64,000 nt of DNA. Origin: Sedimentisphaerales bacterium (lineage in GTDB: Bacteria > Planctomycetota > Phycisphaerae > Sedimentisphaerales > Anaerobacaceae). Each line of letters opens with the position of its first letter. The first letter of the stretch is position 1. The stretch spans positions 3,808,001 through 3,872,000 of the forward strand of contig OY970194.1 of NCBI GenBank assembly GCA_963708075.1, written 5' to 3'. Shown here piece by piece: positions 40,054 to 50,017 of this stretch. Below the pieces are notes generated by a model. It saw nothing but the letters and a program-made list of their open reading frames with translations, had not been told where the DNA came from and did no database searches. Both the position numbers and the translations under genes were made by a program.

Positions 40054-41196
40054 TCAACACGCCGCCAGTGCCTGGTCCAGATCCTCAATCAAGTCCTCGA
40101 TATCCTCAATGCCGACGGAAAGACGGATCGTGCCGTCGGTGATGCCGATCCTCTGTCGTTCCTCAGGAGTGAGGGTTGCGTGGCTCATCGTAGCCGGGTG
40201 ACAGGCCAGCGACTCGACGCCGCCGAGGCTCTCGGCGAACAGGAAGAGCTTCAGTCCCTTCACAAATCGTCGTACTTGCTCAACGCCGCCGTTCAATCGG
40301 AACGTGACGATCGCACCAAAGCCATCCATCTGCGCCTTGGCCAGCTCGTGCTGCGGGTGGCTGGGCAGGCCGGGATAGATCGTCTCTTGTACTTTCGGAT
40401 GCCCCTCCAGGAACTCGGCGACGGCCCGGGCGTTGGCCTCGTGCTGTTTCATACGGACCGCCAGCGTCTTGAGCCCGCGCAGGCTCAGCCAGCAGTCCCA
40501 CGGGCCCGGCACCGCTCCGGCTGCGTTCTGATGGAACTTGATCGCTTCGTGCAGACGGTCGTCGCTGGTCACCACCGCGCCGCCGATGACATCGCTGTGC
40601 CCGCTGACGTACTTGGTGGTGCTGTGCAGGACGACATCGGCCCCCTGCGTCAGAGGGCGTTGGAAGTACGGCGAAGGGAACGTATTGTCCGCCACCAGCT
40701 TGGCGCCGCGATCGTGGGCGATCTTCGCCACCGCCCGCACGTCCACCAGTTGCAGCAGCGGATTAGCGGGAGTCTCGATCCACACCAATTTCGTCATGGG
40801 TTGTGTCGCCTTGGCGAACGCCTCCGGCCGGGTTCCGTCCACGTAGGTGAAGCTCACGCCTCTCGGTCGATACACCTGCTCGAACAGCCGAAATGTCCCG
40901 CCGTAGATGTGTTCCGCCGACACGACGTGGTCGCCCGGGCGCAGGAGCGAAAGTACGGCGTCAACTGCAGCCATGCCCGAGCTGAACGCCAAGCCGAAGC
41001 GAGCTTCCTCCAGCGCCGCCAGGCACTGCTCCAGGGCCGTACGCGTGGGATTGCCGCTGCGGGAGTACTCGTACGCATGGGGCTGCCCGACGTCGTGGAA
41101 CGTGAAGTTCACCGTCTGGTACACCGGCACGATGATCGAACCCGTCGTCGGATCGGGCTGTTGGCCGACGCGAATCGCCTTGGTCGAAAATCTCAT
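40054..41196 (-). CDS. Cystathionine gamma-synthase/lyase family PLP enzyme
   Basis: YSRSGNPT, FSSGMAA, ETPANP, DNTF, HSTTKYVSGHSD, AESLGGVESL. Confidence 0.93.
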   Translation of the reverse strand: MRFSTKAIRVGQQPDPTTGSIIVPVYQTVNFTFHDVGQPHAYEYSRSGNPTRTALEQCLAALEEARFGLAFSSGMAAVDAVLSLLRPGDHVVSAEHIYGGTFRLFEQVYRPRGVSFTYVDGTRPEAFAKATQPMTKLVWIETPANPLLQLVDVRAVAKIAHDRGAKLVADNTFPSPYFQRPLTQGADVVLHSTTKYVSGHSDVIGGAVVTSDDRLHEAIKFHQNAAGAVPGPWDCWLSLRGLKTLAVRMKQHEANARAVAEFLEGHPKVQETIYPGLPSHPQHELAKAQMDGFGAIVTFRLNGGVEQVRRFVKGLKLFLFAESLGGVESLACHPATMSHATLTPEERQRIGITDGTIRLSVGIEDIEDLIEDLDQALAAC

Positions 41197-43023
41197 ATCT
41201 GGTAGTCCTGAATGTATTGCTTTTCCTGTAGCAGTGAGTGTAGCGCAGACAGGGCGTCGGGATCGACCTTGTCCAAAATGAGGTCGGGCTTGCGCCTGCC
41301 CAGTTGGACCTCGCCGACGTTCACAACGATCAGCTCGCCCGGCTGATTCAACGCGTCGATCGTCTGTAGCTCGAAGTCGTCCAGGTCGGCAATCGACGTG
41401 ATGACAATGAGTCCGGCGTCGGTGAACAGGTGGGCCGTCTCGCCCAGGCGGCGCAGGTACTCCTCTCGGCCGCCCAGGACGTTCAGGTCGGCGTTGAGTC
41501 CCAGCAACTGGTTGCTCAGGCCGAGGTAATAGGCGAGGCGTCCGGAGTTGTGGAGATGCTCTTCGATCGCGCGTCCCAGCGACTCCATGTCGCCGCCTTG
41601 CGGACCGCAGATCACCACCAGGGCCGGCCTCTGTCCGTGACGCGAGGCCCGCTCCTGGGGGCTGATCCCGCTGCGCACCCAGGCCTGGTTCCGCTGCCGC
41701 ACGTGCTCAAGCACGAGGGTGTTGGACGCCTGCTCGGCTGACAGAATCACGCCGCCCCCGGTGATCTCGTAGTCGTCGATGATAACAAACCGTCCGGTCT
41801 GCGGGATCTCGACGGCCGGGTCGCATCCCACGGGCTTGAGCGTCTCCAGCGTCACGTGGGCCACGTCATGGCGCTCGATCTGCCGGCGGTTGGCCACGGT
41901 GCTCAGATCGGAGGCGTCGATGACCGCGTGCACCCGCGTCAGGTACGCCGCCGCACGAGTGGCATGGAGTTTCAACTTGTAGCGTTTGCCCATGACCATC
42001 GGGTTGGGACTCAGCCAGAAGAGGTTCGCCTCCAGCTTGGCGGACGAGCGAGGTTGGGGCTCGTCGGCCCGGACCATCAGCTCGCCGGGCTTGACATACA
42101 CTTGAGTCTGGAGCGTCACGCCGGTGCTTTCGCCGGCCTGGGCTTCCTGACGCTGGGACCGCGGGAAGGTCTCCACGCTGCGGATGCGGGTCCGCTTCCC
42201 GCTGGGTAGAAAGACGACCTCGTCGCCCACGTGCAGCCGGCCGGTTACGATCCTGCCGGCGATGATGCGGCGATCATCCCCCTGCTTCGGTGAACTTGTA
42301 GATATCCTGGACCGGCAGGCGAAGGGGCTTGTCCACAGGCGCGGGCTCCTTCTGCAACTTGTCCAGCAGGTCGAGAATGGTCAGCCCTGTATGCCATGGC
42401 ATGGGCTCTGATCTGCGGGCCACATTGTCGCCCTCGCGGGCACTGATCGGGATGAAGGCCATCGGCTCCAGGCCGATCTTCGCCAGGAATTGGCCGTACT
42501 CATCGCGGACGGCCTCGAATGCCTCCTGTCGATATCCCACAATATCCATCTTGTTGACGCACACCGCGATCTGGCGGATGCCCAGCATGCTCATCAGGTA
42601 GCCGTGCCGGCGGGAGTTCTCCTGCACCCCCTCGGCCACATCGATCACCAGCAGTCCCGCCTCCGCTCGGGCCGCCCCGGAGATCATGTTCTTGAGAAAC
42701 TCGATGTGTCCGGGCGCATCGATGATGATGTACTCTCGCCTGGCGGTATGGAAGAAGCACCTGGCGGAGTCGATGGTGATGCCCTGCGCCTGCTCATCCT
42801 TGAGCGCATCCAGCAGGAAGGCGTACTCGAAAGGCTTGGCATTGCGGTGGCACGCCTGCTTGACCTGCTCCAGCTTACCCTCGGGCAGCGAGCCGGTGTC
42901 GGCCAGGAGCCGGCCGACGAGCGTGCTCTTGCCGTGGTCCACATGGCCGATGACCACAATGTCCATCTGCTCCCGTGCGACTGCGGATTTCAAATTCCCA
43001 ATTTGAGATTCTACGGAGGTCAT
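41193..43023 (-). CDS. cysN: Sulfate adenylyltransferase subunit 1 with degenerate APS kinase domain, split by a frameshift at 42278-42282
   Basis: [35 protein letters not shown]; removing one G from a G5 run restores [12 protein letters not shown]; start uncertain. Confidence 0.9.
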
Positions 43024-43116
43024 GCTTTGTCTTCCATTTGTCACGGTCAGCGCCATTGTCATTGTGCCCTGGTTGCGGTTGCTCAATCCGCAATCCACAA
43101 TCCGAAATCCGCAATC
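42979..43116. repeat. Inverted heptamer-repeat element (GATTGCG / CGCAATC type) at the cysD-cysN junction
   Basis: Minus strand GATTGCG GATTTCG GATTGTG GATTGCG ... AATCTCA AATTGGG AATTTGA AATCCGC. Confidence 0.7.
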
Positions 43117-43996
43117 ACATATAGCCTTCACGCCGGAGCGTTTCCAGGCCGTAGCCGTCTTCCTTGTCCTGGTCCCGGCCGGAGCGCTCGGCGATATTGG
43201 CGAACTTGCCGCTGCGCAGCTCTTCGATGATCTCGTGGACGTTCCTGGAAGTCGATTGCACCGGCTTGGTGCACGGCCAGCAGCCCAGCGAGCGGTAGCG
43301 TTGCCCCGTACCCTGGTCGAAGTACAGGCTCACCATGGGGATGCTCTCGCGCTCGATATACTCCCAGACGTTCAGCTCCGTCCAGTCCAGCAGCGGGTGA
43401 ATCCGCACGTGCGTGCCGGGGGCGAAGTCGGTCTTGAACTGGTTCCACAACTCGGGCGGCTGGTTCGACACGTCCCAGTCGCTGTGCCGGTCGCGCGGCG
43501 AGAAGTACCGTTCCTTGCTGCGGCTGCCCTCCTCATCGGCCCGGGCGCCGACGATCACACCGGTGAACGGCTCGCCGCCGGTGGTCTTGACGTATTCACC
43601 GGTCTGATGGTCCAGCACCCAACGGGGCCACTCCCCAGAGAGCGTGTGCTTCAGCGCTTCGCTCTTCAACGCCGCGCAGCATTGCAGGCGGGTGCACTGG
43701 CCGTCGGGGAACGTGCGCCTGGCCGACAGGGCCTCGTCGTTGCGGCCGAAGATCATGTTCAGCTTCCACTGCTTGGCCAGGCGGTCGCGATACTCGATCA
43801 TCTCGGGGATCTTGTACTGCGTGTCGATGTGCATCAGCGGCAGCGGCACGTGCCCGAAAAAGGCCTTGCGGGCCAGCCACAGCAGGACTGTGCTATCCTT
43901 GCCGATCGACCAGAGCATCACAAGCTGCTTGAACTCGCGATACGCCTCGCGAAGGATATAGACGCTCTGTGCTTCGAGCTTTTCGAGATGGTCCAT
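43115..43996 (-). CDS. cysD: Sulfate adenylyltransferase subunit 2
   Basis: [45 protein letters not shown]. Confidence 0.96.
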   Translation of the reverse strand: MDHLEKLEAQSVYILREAYREFKQLVMLWSIGKDSTVLLWLARKAFFGHVPLPLMHIDTQYKIPEMIEYRDRLAKQWKLNMIFGRNDEALSARRTFPDGQCTRLQCCAALKSEALKHTLSGEWPRWVLDHQTGEYVKTTGGEPFTGVIVGARADEEGSRSKERYFSPRDRHSDWDVSNQPPELWNQFKTDFAPGTHVRIHPLLDWTELNVWEYIERESIPMVSLYFDQGTGQRYRSLGCWPCTKPVQSTSRNVHEIIEELRSGKFANIAERSGRDQDKEDGYGLETLRREGYM

Positions 43997-44733
43997 TAGG
44001 GTCTCCTCCCGGGGATGATCTTGCCATCCTGGATGTGCAGACCGCACTCTTTGTGTTCCGGCTGCTCCCACCACCAGCGGCCGGCGCGGATATCGTCGCC
44101 CGGTTTCACCGCCCGGGTGCAGGGCGCGCAGCCGATGCTGGGAAACCCCTGGTCGTGCAGCGCGTTATAGGGAATCTTATTCGCCCGGATGTACTCCCAC
44201 ACCTGCTGCTCGGTCCAATCGATGAGCGGATTGATTTTGCACAGGCCGAACGTCCGATCCCACTCGACCTTCTGGGTCGACTGGCGCGTCACCGACTGCT
44301 CCCTTCGCAAGCCGCACATCCATGCGTCAGCCGTGGAAAGAACTCGCCTGAGCGGGTTAGTCTTTCGCACAGCACAGCACATCTTCCGAAGCTCCACACT
44401 CTGGTAGAACAGGTTCGGCCCATGCGTGCGGACCATTTCTTCAAGCTCCCGTGTGTCGGGCGCGAGGACCTCGTAGCGGAAACCGTACCGCTGCATCGTC
44501 CGTTCCATGGTTTCGTAAGTCTCGGGAAAGAGCCTGCCCGTGTCGAGGGTGAAAATCCTCGGCCTGGCAGTGACCGCGCACACGAGATGGGTCAGGACCT
44601 GGTCCTCGACGCTCAGGCTCGACGCGAGCACAAGCCGCTCGGCAGGAACAATCCGGAATGCTTCCCTGACCGCTCCTTCGGCATCCTTGCCTTCGATAGC
44701 GTTTTGAAGTCTGGAGAGAAGATCGTTCATCAT
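43996..44733 (-). CDS. cysH: APS reductase ([4Fe-4S] CysH type)
   Basis: [13 protein letters not shown] pair (MCCAVRK), [19 protein letters not shown]. Confidence 0.95.
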   Translation of the reverse strand: MMNDLLSRLQNAIEGKDAEGAVREAFRIVPAERLVLASSLSVEDQVLTHLVCAVTARPRIFTLDTGRLFPETYETMERTMQRYGFRYEVLAPDTRELEEMVRTHGPNLFYQSVELRKMCCAVRKTNPLRRVLSTADAWMCGLRREQSVTRQSTQKVEWDRTFGLCKINPLIDWTEQQVWEYIRANKIPYNALHDQGFPSIGCAPCTRAVKPGDDIRAGRWWWEQPEHKECGLHIQDGKIIPGRRP

Positions 44734-44960
44734 ATTGAATACTCCGGCGGCTTCTCTTGGATGCGGCCGAATGGGAGCCGGTTCCATGCCCGTTCATGCA
44801 GATAGTACAAAGTGACTTTGGTGAACAGCTCAACGATGCCGATGGATAGCGCTATTTTGAGCCTTCCGCTGATGAGGAAAGAGATCACAATAGTATCCAG
44901 CGTGCCGGTCAGTGCGCAGGAGAATGCTTTGAGTATACTGCGATACGCCTTCTCGTGCAT
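44730..44960 (-). CDS. DUF2061 small membrane protein
   Basis: RSILKA...TLDT, ELFTKVTLYYLHERAW. Confidence 0.85.
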   Translation of the reverse strand: MHEKAYRSILKAFSCALTGTLDTIVISFLISGRLKIALSIGIVELFTKVTLYYLHERAWNRLPFGRIQEKPPEYSI

Positions 44961-44962
44961 TC

Positions 44963-47713
44963 TCACGCCTTTCGGATAGTCACCGACCAATGATCGGCCG
45001 CCCTGGCCTGATCGAGGACGCGGTGTCCTTCCGCCTCCACGGATCGCGGGACATTCTCAATCGGCTCTCCATCATCGAGAAGCACCTGAAGAACCTGGCC
45101 TGCGTTCAACTGCGACAAGGCCATTTTCGTCTTCACGAAATTCATCGGGCAGGCCACTCCCCGCAGATCCTTGACAAGGTCGATACTCGCAGGCTCTGTT
45201 CTTCCATTCTCTCCGCTCTTTTGCGATGCGGGTGGATGGAACTGCAGGGTGTCATCCATCGACGCGTAGAGGTCTTCGATCTCTTTGGAGAAAGCCAAAG
45301 CCCGGTCGCTGACGGCCGCAAGAGCCTCTGCTCCACTTCGCGAAGCCTCAAGCACCAGCCTGAACCCTCCCGCGACGATACCGGTATCAATGAAACCTCG
45401 CTCGAACAGATCCAGAGCGTCATGGTCGTCAGCCGCCTCGACCCCCCTGGTAATGAGCAGCGCGCGTGCGGCCGTTACTACAAGCCTTCGCAGAATGGCC
45501 AACCTGACGGAAGGATCGCTCTCGGCGTCAAAAGCCGACCGATCCGCTCGCACCTTTTCCAGACCCACCTCGATCAGATCAAAGAGGCCGGCGGCGCATT
45601 CTCCCGTCCCCCTCCCGGCAAGGGAGAACGGCTCCTGGGCGCCCCAGTCGCGATAATAACTCTCATCTTCTTCGATCGTGGGGATGTTGCGATACTTCTC
45701 GCAGATTGCCCGGATGCGAACCTCACCCTCTTTATCGAGGTAGTCCTGGAAAGAGGAAAACGATTCCTTCCGGATTGCATATTCGTGGAGGAATTCCTCG
45801 ACGAAGCGAGGAACATCGTGCGCGCTGATCTCATCGATTCTGTGCGCCAGCGCTGAACCATTTGCCGAATCGATTTTCGCCCCGGCGACGATGGTGTATG
45901 CCGGATAACTGTGGCGGCCTTTACGCACCGCTTTACCGAAGAAACCCAGATCGGCGAGACTATGCCGGCCGCAGGAATTGGAGCAGCCGGAAAAGTGGAG
46001 ACGAAAATCACCCAGGCCGTCCAAATCAATATCCGAAGTCTTCAGCCGGTCGATTGTCGCGCTCAGCGCACCTCTCGAAAGGCAAATCCCGAGCTGGCAG
46101 GTGCTTGCCCCTGCGCAGGCAACAGCATTGGCAAAGAGCCTTGGAGAATCCCAGGACGTGGACACCTTGCGAACCAGCGCGAAGATATTCCCCAGATACT
46201 CCTCCGGAATGTTGCGCAGAGAAATATTCTGGTCGGCCGTGCAGCGTATGGTACTATCGCCGAACACGGCCAGGGCGTCAGCAAGCAGCGCCGCCTTTTC
46301 TGATGTAATATCCCCGAGCGGCAATGGCACGAGAATGGAAGAGAGTCCGCTTTGGCGTTGTGCCGTCACATACCGCTTCTTCCAGAGATCGAAGTCCGCG
46401 GATCGTTCGTCTATTGCAGCGAGTCCTGACGGCACTTGTGCCGTGTCGGACCATACCAGCGGTACAAAGGGGGCGGGGTGCTCCGCCTCAAGGGCAACTC
46501 GCTGTTTCTGATATTCCTCAACGAAACGATCTCTCCCCAGTGTATTCCAGAGAAACCGCAACCGGGCCGAGTGTTTATTTCTGCGGTTGCCGAGTCTTGA
46601 GAACAGGCGTTTGATCGCCTCCGCGACGAGAAAGACTTCGTCTTCCGCAATGAAATCGTGGAGCAATTGTCCGGCCTGAGGCGATCGTCCCATGCCCCCC
46701 GCCACGAATACCCTGAATCCCCGCCGTTTTCCCTTCACCATGGCAATGAACCCCACGTCATTGGCGGTCGCAAATGCGTTGTCAGCCGTGGAATTGGAGA
46801 AGGCAATTTTGAATTTCCGTGGAAGCAGCCATGAATCGCCAAGCGCGATCAGCCGCGAGGTCAATTCGACCGCATGCGGGGTGACATCGAATACCTCGTC
46901 AGCAGCAATGCCGGAGTCACAGGAAGCGATGATGTTGCGCACGGTGTTGCCGCCCCCTCCCCTGCTGGCAAGTCCGACAGCGGAGAGGCCCCTGATCACC
47001 GGGACCATGTTTTCGAGAGGCACGTCGTGCATCTGAATTTCCTGCCGGGTCGTGACGTGAAGCCGTCCGGACGCGAGCCTCGATGACAGATCCGCGATGC
47101 GGCGAAGTTGCCTGGGTGTGATGATTCCGGCCGCGCAGCGAATACGGACCATGAAGCTGCCTTTGGTGCGCTGTTCGTAGACCCCGAACGGGACCCTGCG
47201 GGCTTTGAATTCGGCCGCCGTCACCGTGCCGGAGCGCAACCGGTCGACAAACCCTTCCAGTTCGTTTATTTCCTTTGCGTAGTTCCCGGGAATCGCATAT
47301 GCCAGCATCATTTCTCCTTTGTCCTCGATAATGAGTGTTTCGTCTGTGACTGTTCCCTGACGGATGCGAAAAGCCTTTGCCTCTCGTTGGCCGGGGATCA
47401 GGGACACGATCGCATAGATGATGGCCGGATCGTAGGCGAGCCGGATGTCCTCGGCGGACGGCCGCGCCGGCGACGCAGGATGCGTATGGTAGACGGCCAG
47501 GATTTCGAGCCCCTCGGCGCGGACGTGCCGCAGGGCCGCGAATTGCTCCCGGGGATCAAGCGAAAAATGCTCCGGGCTGCGATCCACGTTCGTCATGGGG
47601 ATGGCCTTCTTCACCTCCCCGGCGGTCCCGGCAAGATAGCCGCACGCCTCGTTGGGCGACTCCCGCTCCCCCTGGGCGAGAATCGCGTCGCTGATGTCTC
47701 TCGGAATCTTCAT
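44963..47713 (-). CDS. JAMM/Mov34 protease + siroheme sulfite reductase + TusA fusion ORF (916 aa)
   Basis: EACG...HTHPASPARPSAED (JAMM); TTRQ, NTVRN, LPRKFK, ACAGASTC, SGCSNSCG (NIR/SIR); DLRGVACPMN (TusA); no stop between domains. Confidence 0.88.
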   Translation of the reverse strand: MKIPRDISDAILAQGERESPNEACGYLAGTAGEVKKAIPMTNVDRSPEHFSLDPREQFAALRHVRAEGLEILAVYHTHPASPARPSAEDIRLAYDPAIIYAIVSLIPGQREAKAFRIRQGTVTDETLIIEDKGEMMLAYAIPGNYAKEINELEGFVDRLRSGTVTAAEFKARRVPFGVYEQRTKGSFMVRIRCAAGIITPRQLRRIADLSSRLASGRLHVTTRQEIQMHDVPLENMVPVIRGLSAVGLASRGGGGNTVRNIIASCDSGIAADEVFDVTPHAVELTSRLIALGDSWLLPRKFKIAFSNSTADNAFATANDVGFIAMVKGKRRGFRVFVAGGMGRSPQAGQLLHDFIAEDEVFLVAEAIKRLFSRLGNRRNKHSARLRFLWNTLGRDRFVEEYQKQRVALEAEHPAPFVPLVWSDTAQVPSGLAAIDERSADFDLWKKRYVTAQRQSGLSSILVPLPLGDITSEKAALLADALAVFGDSTIRCTADQNISLRNIPEEYLGNIFALVRKVSTSWDSPRLFANAVACAGASTCQLGICLSRGALSATIDRLKTSDIDLDGLGDFRLHFSGCSNSCGRHSLADLGFFGKAVRKGRHSYPAYTIVAGAKIDSANGSALAHRIDEISAHDVPRFVEEFLHEYAIRKESFSSFQDYLDKEGEVRIRAICEKYRNIPTIEEDESYYRDWGAQEPFSLAGRGTGECAAGLFDLIEVGLEKVRADRSAFDAESDPSVRLAILRRLVVTAARALLITRGVEAADDHDALDLFERGFIDTGIVAGGFRLVLEASRSGAEALAAVSDRALAFSKEIEDLYASMDDTLQFHPPASQKSGENGRTEPASIDLVKDLRGVACPMNFVKTKMALSQLNAGQVLQVLLDDGEPIENVPRSVEAEGHRVLDQARAADHWSVTIRKA

Positions 47714-48522
47714 TGTTCGTGTCTCTTCAAATCGCAAACGGGCTGCTCGTAATCCTCAAGCCGGGTAATCGTCGGGTGCGAGCCGCAGATCGGGCATTCC
47801 GGGTTCCGTTTGATGCGGATCGTCCGAAACTCCATGGATAGGGCGTTGAACGTCAGCAGGCGGCCGGTCAGGAGTTCCCCTTTGGCGATCAGGAACTTGA
47901 TCGCTTCCGCGGCCTGGATCGTCCCCAGCATGCCCGCTACTGCTCCGAGCACCCCCGCCTGGGAGCATGATGGCACGGCGTTCCTCGGCGGCGGACTCAG
48001 GAAGACGCATCGATAGCACGTGCTGCCCGGCACGTACGTCATGGTCTGTCCCTCGAAACGCAGGATCCCGCCGTGCGAGAAGGGCTTGCGAGCCATCACG
48101 CACGCGTCGTTCACGAGGAATTTCGCAGGGAAATTGTCGGTTCCGTCGATCACGAAATCGTAGTCGCGAATGATGTCGAGGACATTATCTGCAAAGACAC
48201 GCTCCTGATACGTCCTGACCGTGATGCCCGGATTGATCTGGAGCATCTTCTCTTTCGCCGAGACGACCTTGGGCGTGCCGATGTCGGGCGTGAAATGAAT
48301 GACTTGTCGCTGCAGATTGCTCCTGTCGACGGCGTCGCCATCGACAATGCCGATAGTGCCGACGCCTGCGGCGGCAAGATAGAGCGCCGCGGGAGCGCCC
48401 AGGCCGCCCGCGCCGACGATCAGGATCCTGCCCTGCAGGATTCTCTCCTGTCCCTCGATGCCGATGTCCCTGAGGATAATGTGTCGGCTGTATCGTTCGA
48501 GCTGTTCGTCATTCAATGGCAT
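47710..48522 (-). CDS. MoeB/ThiF family sulfur-carrier adenylyltransferase (HcyF-like)
   Basis: ERYSRHIIL, GAGGLG, SNLQRQ, DGTDNF, CYRC, SCSQAGVLG, CPIC. Confidence 0.93.
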   Translation of the reverse strand: MPLNDEQLERYSRHIILRDIGIEGQERILQGRILIVGAGGLGAPAALYLAAAGVGTIGIVDGDAVDRSNLQRQVIHFTPDIGTPKVVSAKEKMLQINPGITVRTYQERVFADNVLDIIRDYDFVIDGTDNFPAKFLVNDACVMARKPFSHGGILRFEGQTMTYVPGSTCYRCVFLSPPPRNAVPSCSQAGVLGAVAGMLGTIQAAEAIKFLIAKGELLTGRLLTFNALSMEFRTIRIKRNPECPICGSHPTITRLEDYEQPVCDLKRHEQ

Positions 48523-48525
48523 GGT

Positions 48526-49752
48526 TCACGCTCCCAGGGCCTGTTCGATATCCGCTTGCAGGTCTTCCACGTCCTCGATGCCAATGGATAGTCGTATCAG
48601 CGTGTCGGGGACGCCCATCTGCCGTTTCAACTCATCCGGGTATTCACTGAAGATTGTCGATGCCGGATGAAGAGCCAGCGTCTTGTTGTCGTTGATATTC
48701 GTCGCCCGGCGGACGAGCTTCAGCTTGTTGAGAAACGAGAAGCAGTCCTTCTTCGACGACAGGTCGAAGGTCAACAGCGCACCGCATCGCTCGCCAAAGA
48801 TGCCTGTTGCCACGCTGTGATGCGGCGAGGTTTTCAGGCCCGGGTAATTGACGCGCTGCACTCGAGAATTGCGGGCCAGATACTCCGCGATGGCCATGGT
48901 GTTCTGGCAGGACTTGTCGGCCCGCAGCGCCAGGGTCTCCAGGCCTATGCTCTGCAGATACGCGCTGTGCGGGGCCAGGCACCCGCCCGTATTGCGGAAC
49001 ACCTCCCGTTTGAGCTTGGTCATAAGGGTAAACGGGCCGCAGCGTCTGGCCTCCTGCTCCAGCTTGGGGTTGTGTCGCCAGTCGTAGGTGCCGTTGTCAA
49101 CGATGATCCCGCCGACCGTCGTGGCGCCGCCGGAGATGAGCTTCGTGCTGGAAAGCACCTCGAGATCGACGCCGAAATCCTTGCTTCGGAAGAAGTACAG
49201 CGGAGTGACGGTGGTATCCGCGATCAGCAGCAGACGATGCTTGCGAGCAATGGTCGAGAGAGCCTGGATATCGGCGACCTCAAGTTGCGGATTGGTGATC
49301 GTCTCGAAGAAGATGGCTCGTGTCCTGTCGTCGACCAGGGCCTCGATAGTATCTGGGCGGGATAGATCGGCATAGCGTACTTCCAGACCCCAGGGACCGA
49401 GCGTCTTTTCCAGAAGGGAGTACGTATTGCCGAAGACGTATCTCGTTGTGATGACATTGTCCCCCTGCCGGGCAATGCTCAGGAACGTGTTTGCGATCGC
49501 CGCCATCCCGGAAGAAACCGCCACCACAGCCAGGGCCCCGGAGATGTGTTTGATCTTCTGCTCCAGGTGCTCGACCGTCGGATTGCTGATCCGCGTGTAC
49601 ATGTGGCGGGGCCGCTTGCCCAGGAACGCCTCCTCAATCTCTTCGGCGGTCTCGAACTCGAAAGAGACCGACTCATAGATCGGCATGTGCAGCGAGCCGT
49701 GGGGATCTTTCCTGAGAAACGGAGCATGTATTGCCCTGGTGGTGAATCCCAT
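48526..49752 (-). CDS. O-acetylhomoserine aminocarboxypropyltransferase family (MetY/MetZ-like)
   Basis: YTRISNPT, SSGMAA, ETITNP, SSTKLISGG, GLETLALR, HPASTI, IRLSIGIE. Confidence 0.88.
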   Translation of the reverse strand: MGFTTRAIHAPFLRKDPHGSLHMPIYESVSFEFETAEEIEEAFLGKRPRHMYTRISNPTVEHLEQKIKHISGALAVVAVSSGMAAIANTFLSIARQGDNVITTRYVFGNTYSLLEKTLGPWGLEVRYADLSRPDTIEALVDDRTRAIFFETITNPQLEVADIQALSTIARKHRLLLIADTTVTPLYFFRSKDFGVDLEVLSSTKLISGGATTVGGIIVDNGTYDWRHNPKLEQEARRCGPFTLMTKLKREVFRNTGGCLAPHSAYLQSIGLETLALRADKSCQNTMAIAEYLARNSRVQRVNYPGLKTSPHHSVATGIFGERCGALLTFDLSSKKDCFSFLNKLKLVRRATNINDNKTLALHPASTIFSEYPDELKRQMGVPDTLIRLSIGIEDVEDLQADIEQALGA

Positions 49753-49756
49753 GATT

Positions 49757-49963
49757 TTATGCCCCTCCGCCCATGAAATAGAGGAAATCGACCTCGTCGT
49801 CTTCTTTGAGCACGGTGGCGCCGTACCGGTCGCGCTGCACAAACTCGCCGTTGAGTTGCACGCTCACCATTTCGGGCTGTTCCACCTTGTTGCGAACGAG
49901 CAGGTCAGCGATACTGAGCCCTGCTTCGATCTCCTGCGCCGCCCCATTGACTTTGATCTTCAT
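49757..49963 (-). CDS. ThiS-like sulfur carrier with a blocked C-terminus (HcyS-like)
   Basis: MKIKVNG, VSVQLNGEFV, ends FLYFMGGGA. Confidence 0.92.
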   Translation of the reverse strand: MKIKVNGAAQEIEAGLSIADLLVRNKVEQPEMVSVQLNGEFVQRDRYGATVLKEDDEVDFLYFMGGGA

Positions 49964-49990
49964 GCACAATCCTCATTCCGGGAGTAACGA

Positions 49991-50017
49991 CAGAGACACA
50001 AGATATTACGTCTCTAC
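49991..50017 (-). repeat. GTAG REP (GAGAC family) supplying the cysK stop codon
   Basis: Minus strand GTAGAGACGTAATATCTTGTGTCTCTG. Confidence 0.75.

Noticed and set aside
42274..42290. Programmed ribosomal frameshift in cysN or the other split genes
   Set aside because: No slippery heptamer or stimulatory structure; a simple homopolymer error explains it.
44963..49963. E1-like + JAMM + ubiquitin-like genes as an antiphage conjugation system (CBASS type II or Bil-like)
   Set aside because: No E2, cyclase or effector; the context is sulfur assimilation and matches the HcyS-type pathway.
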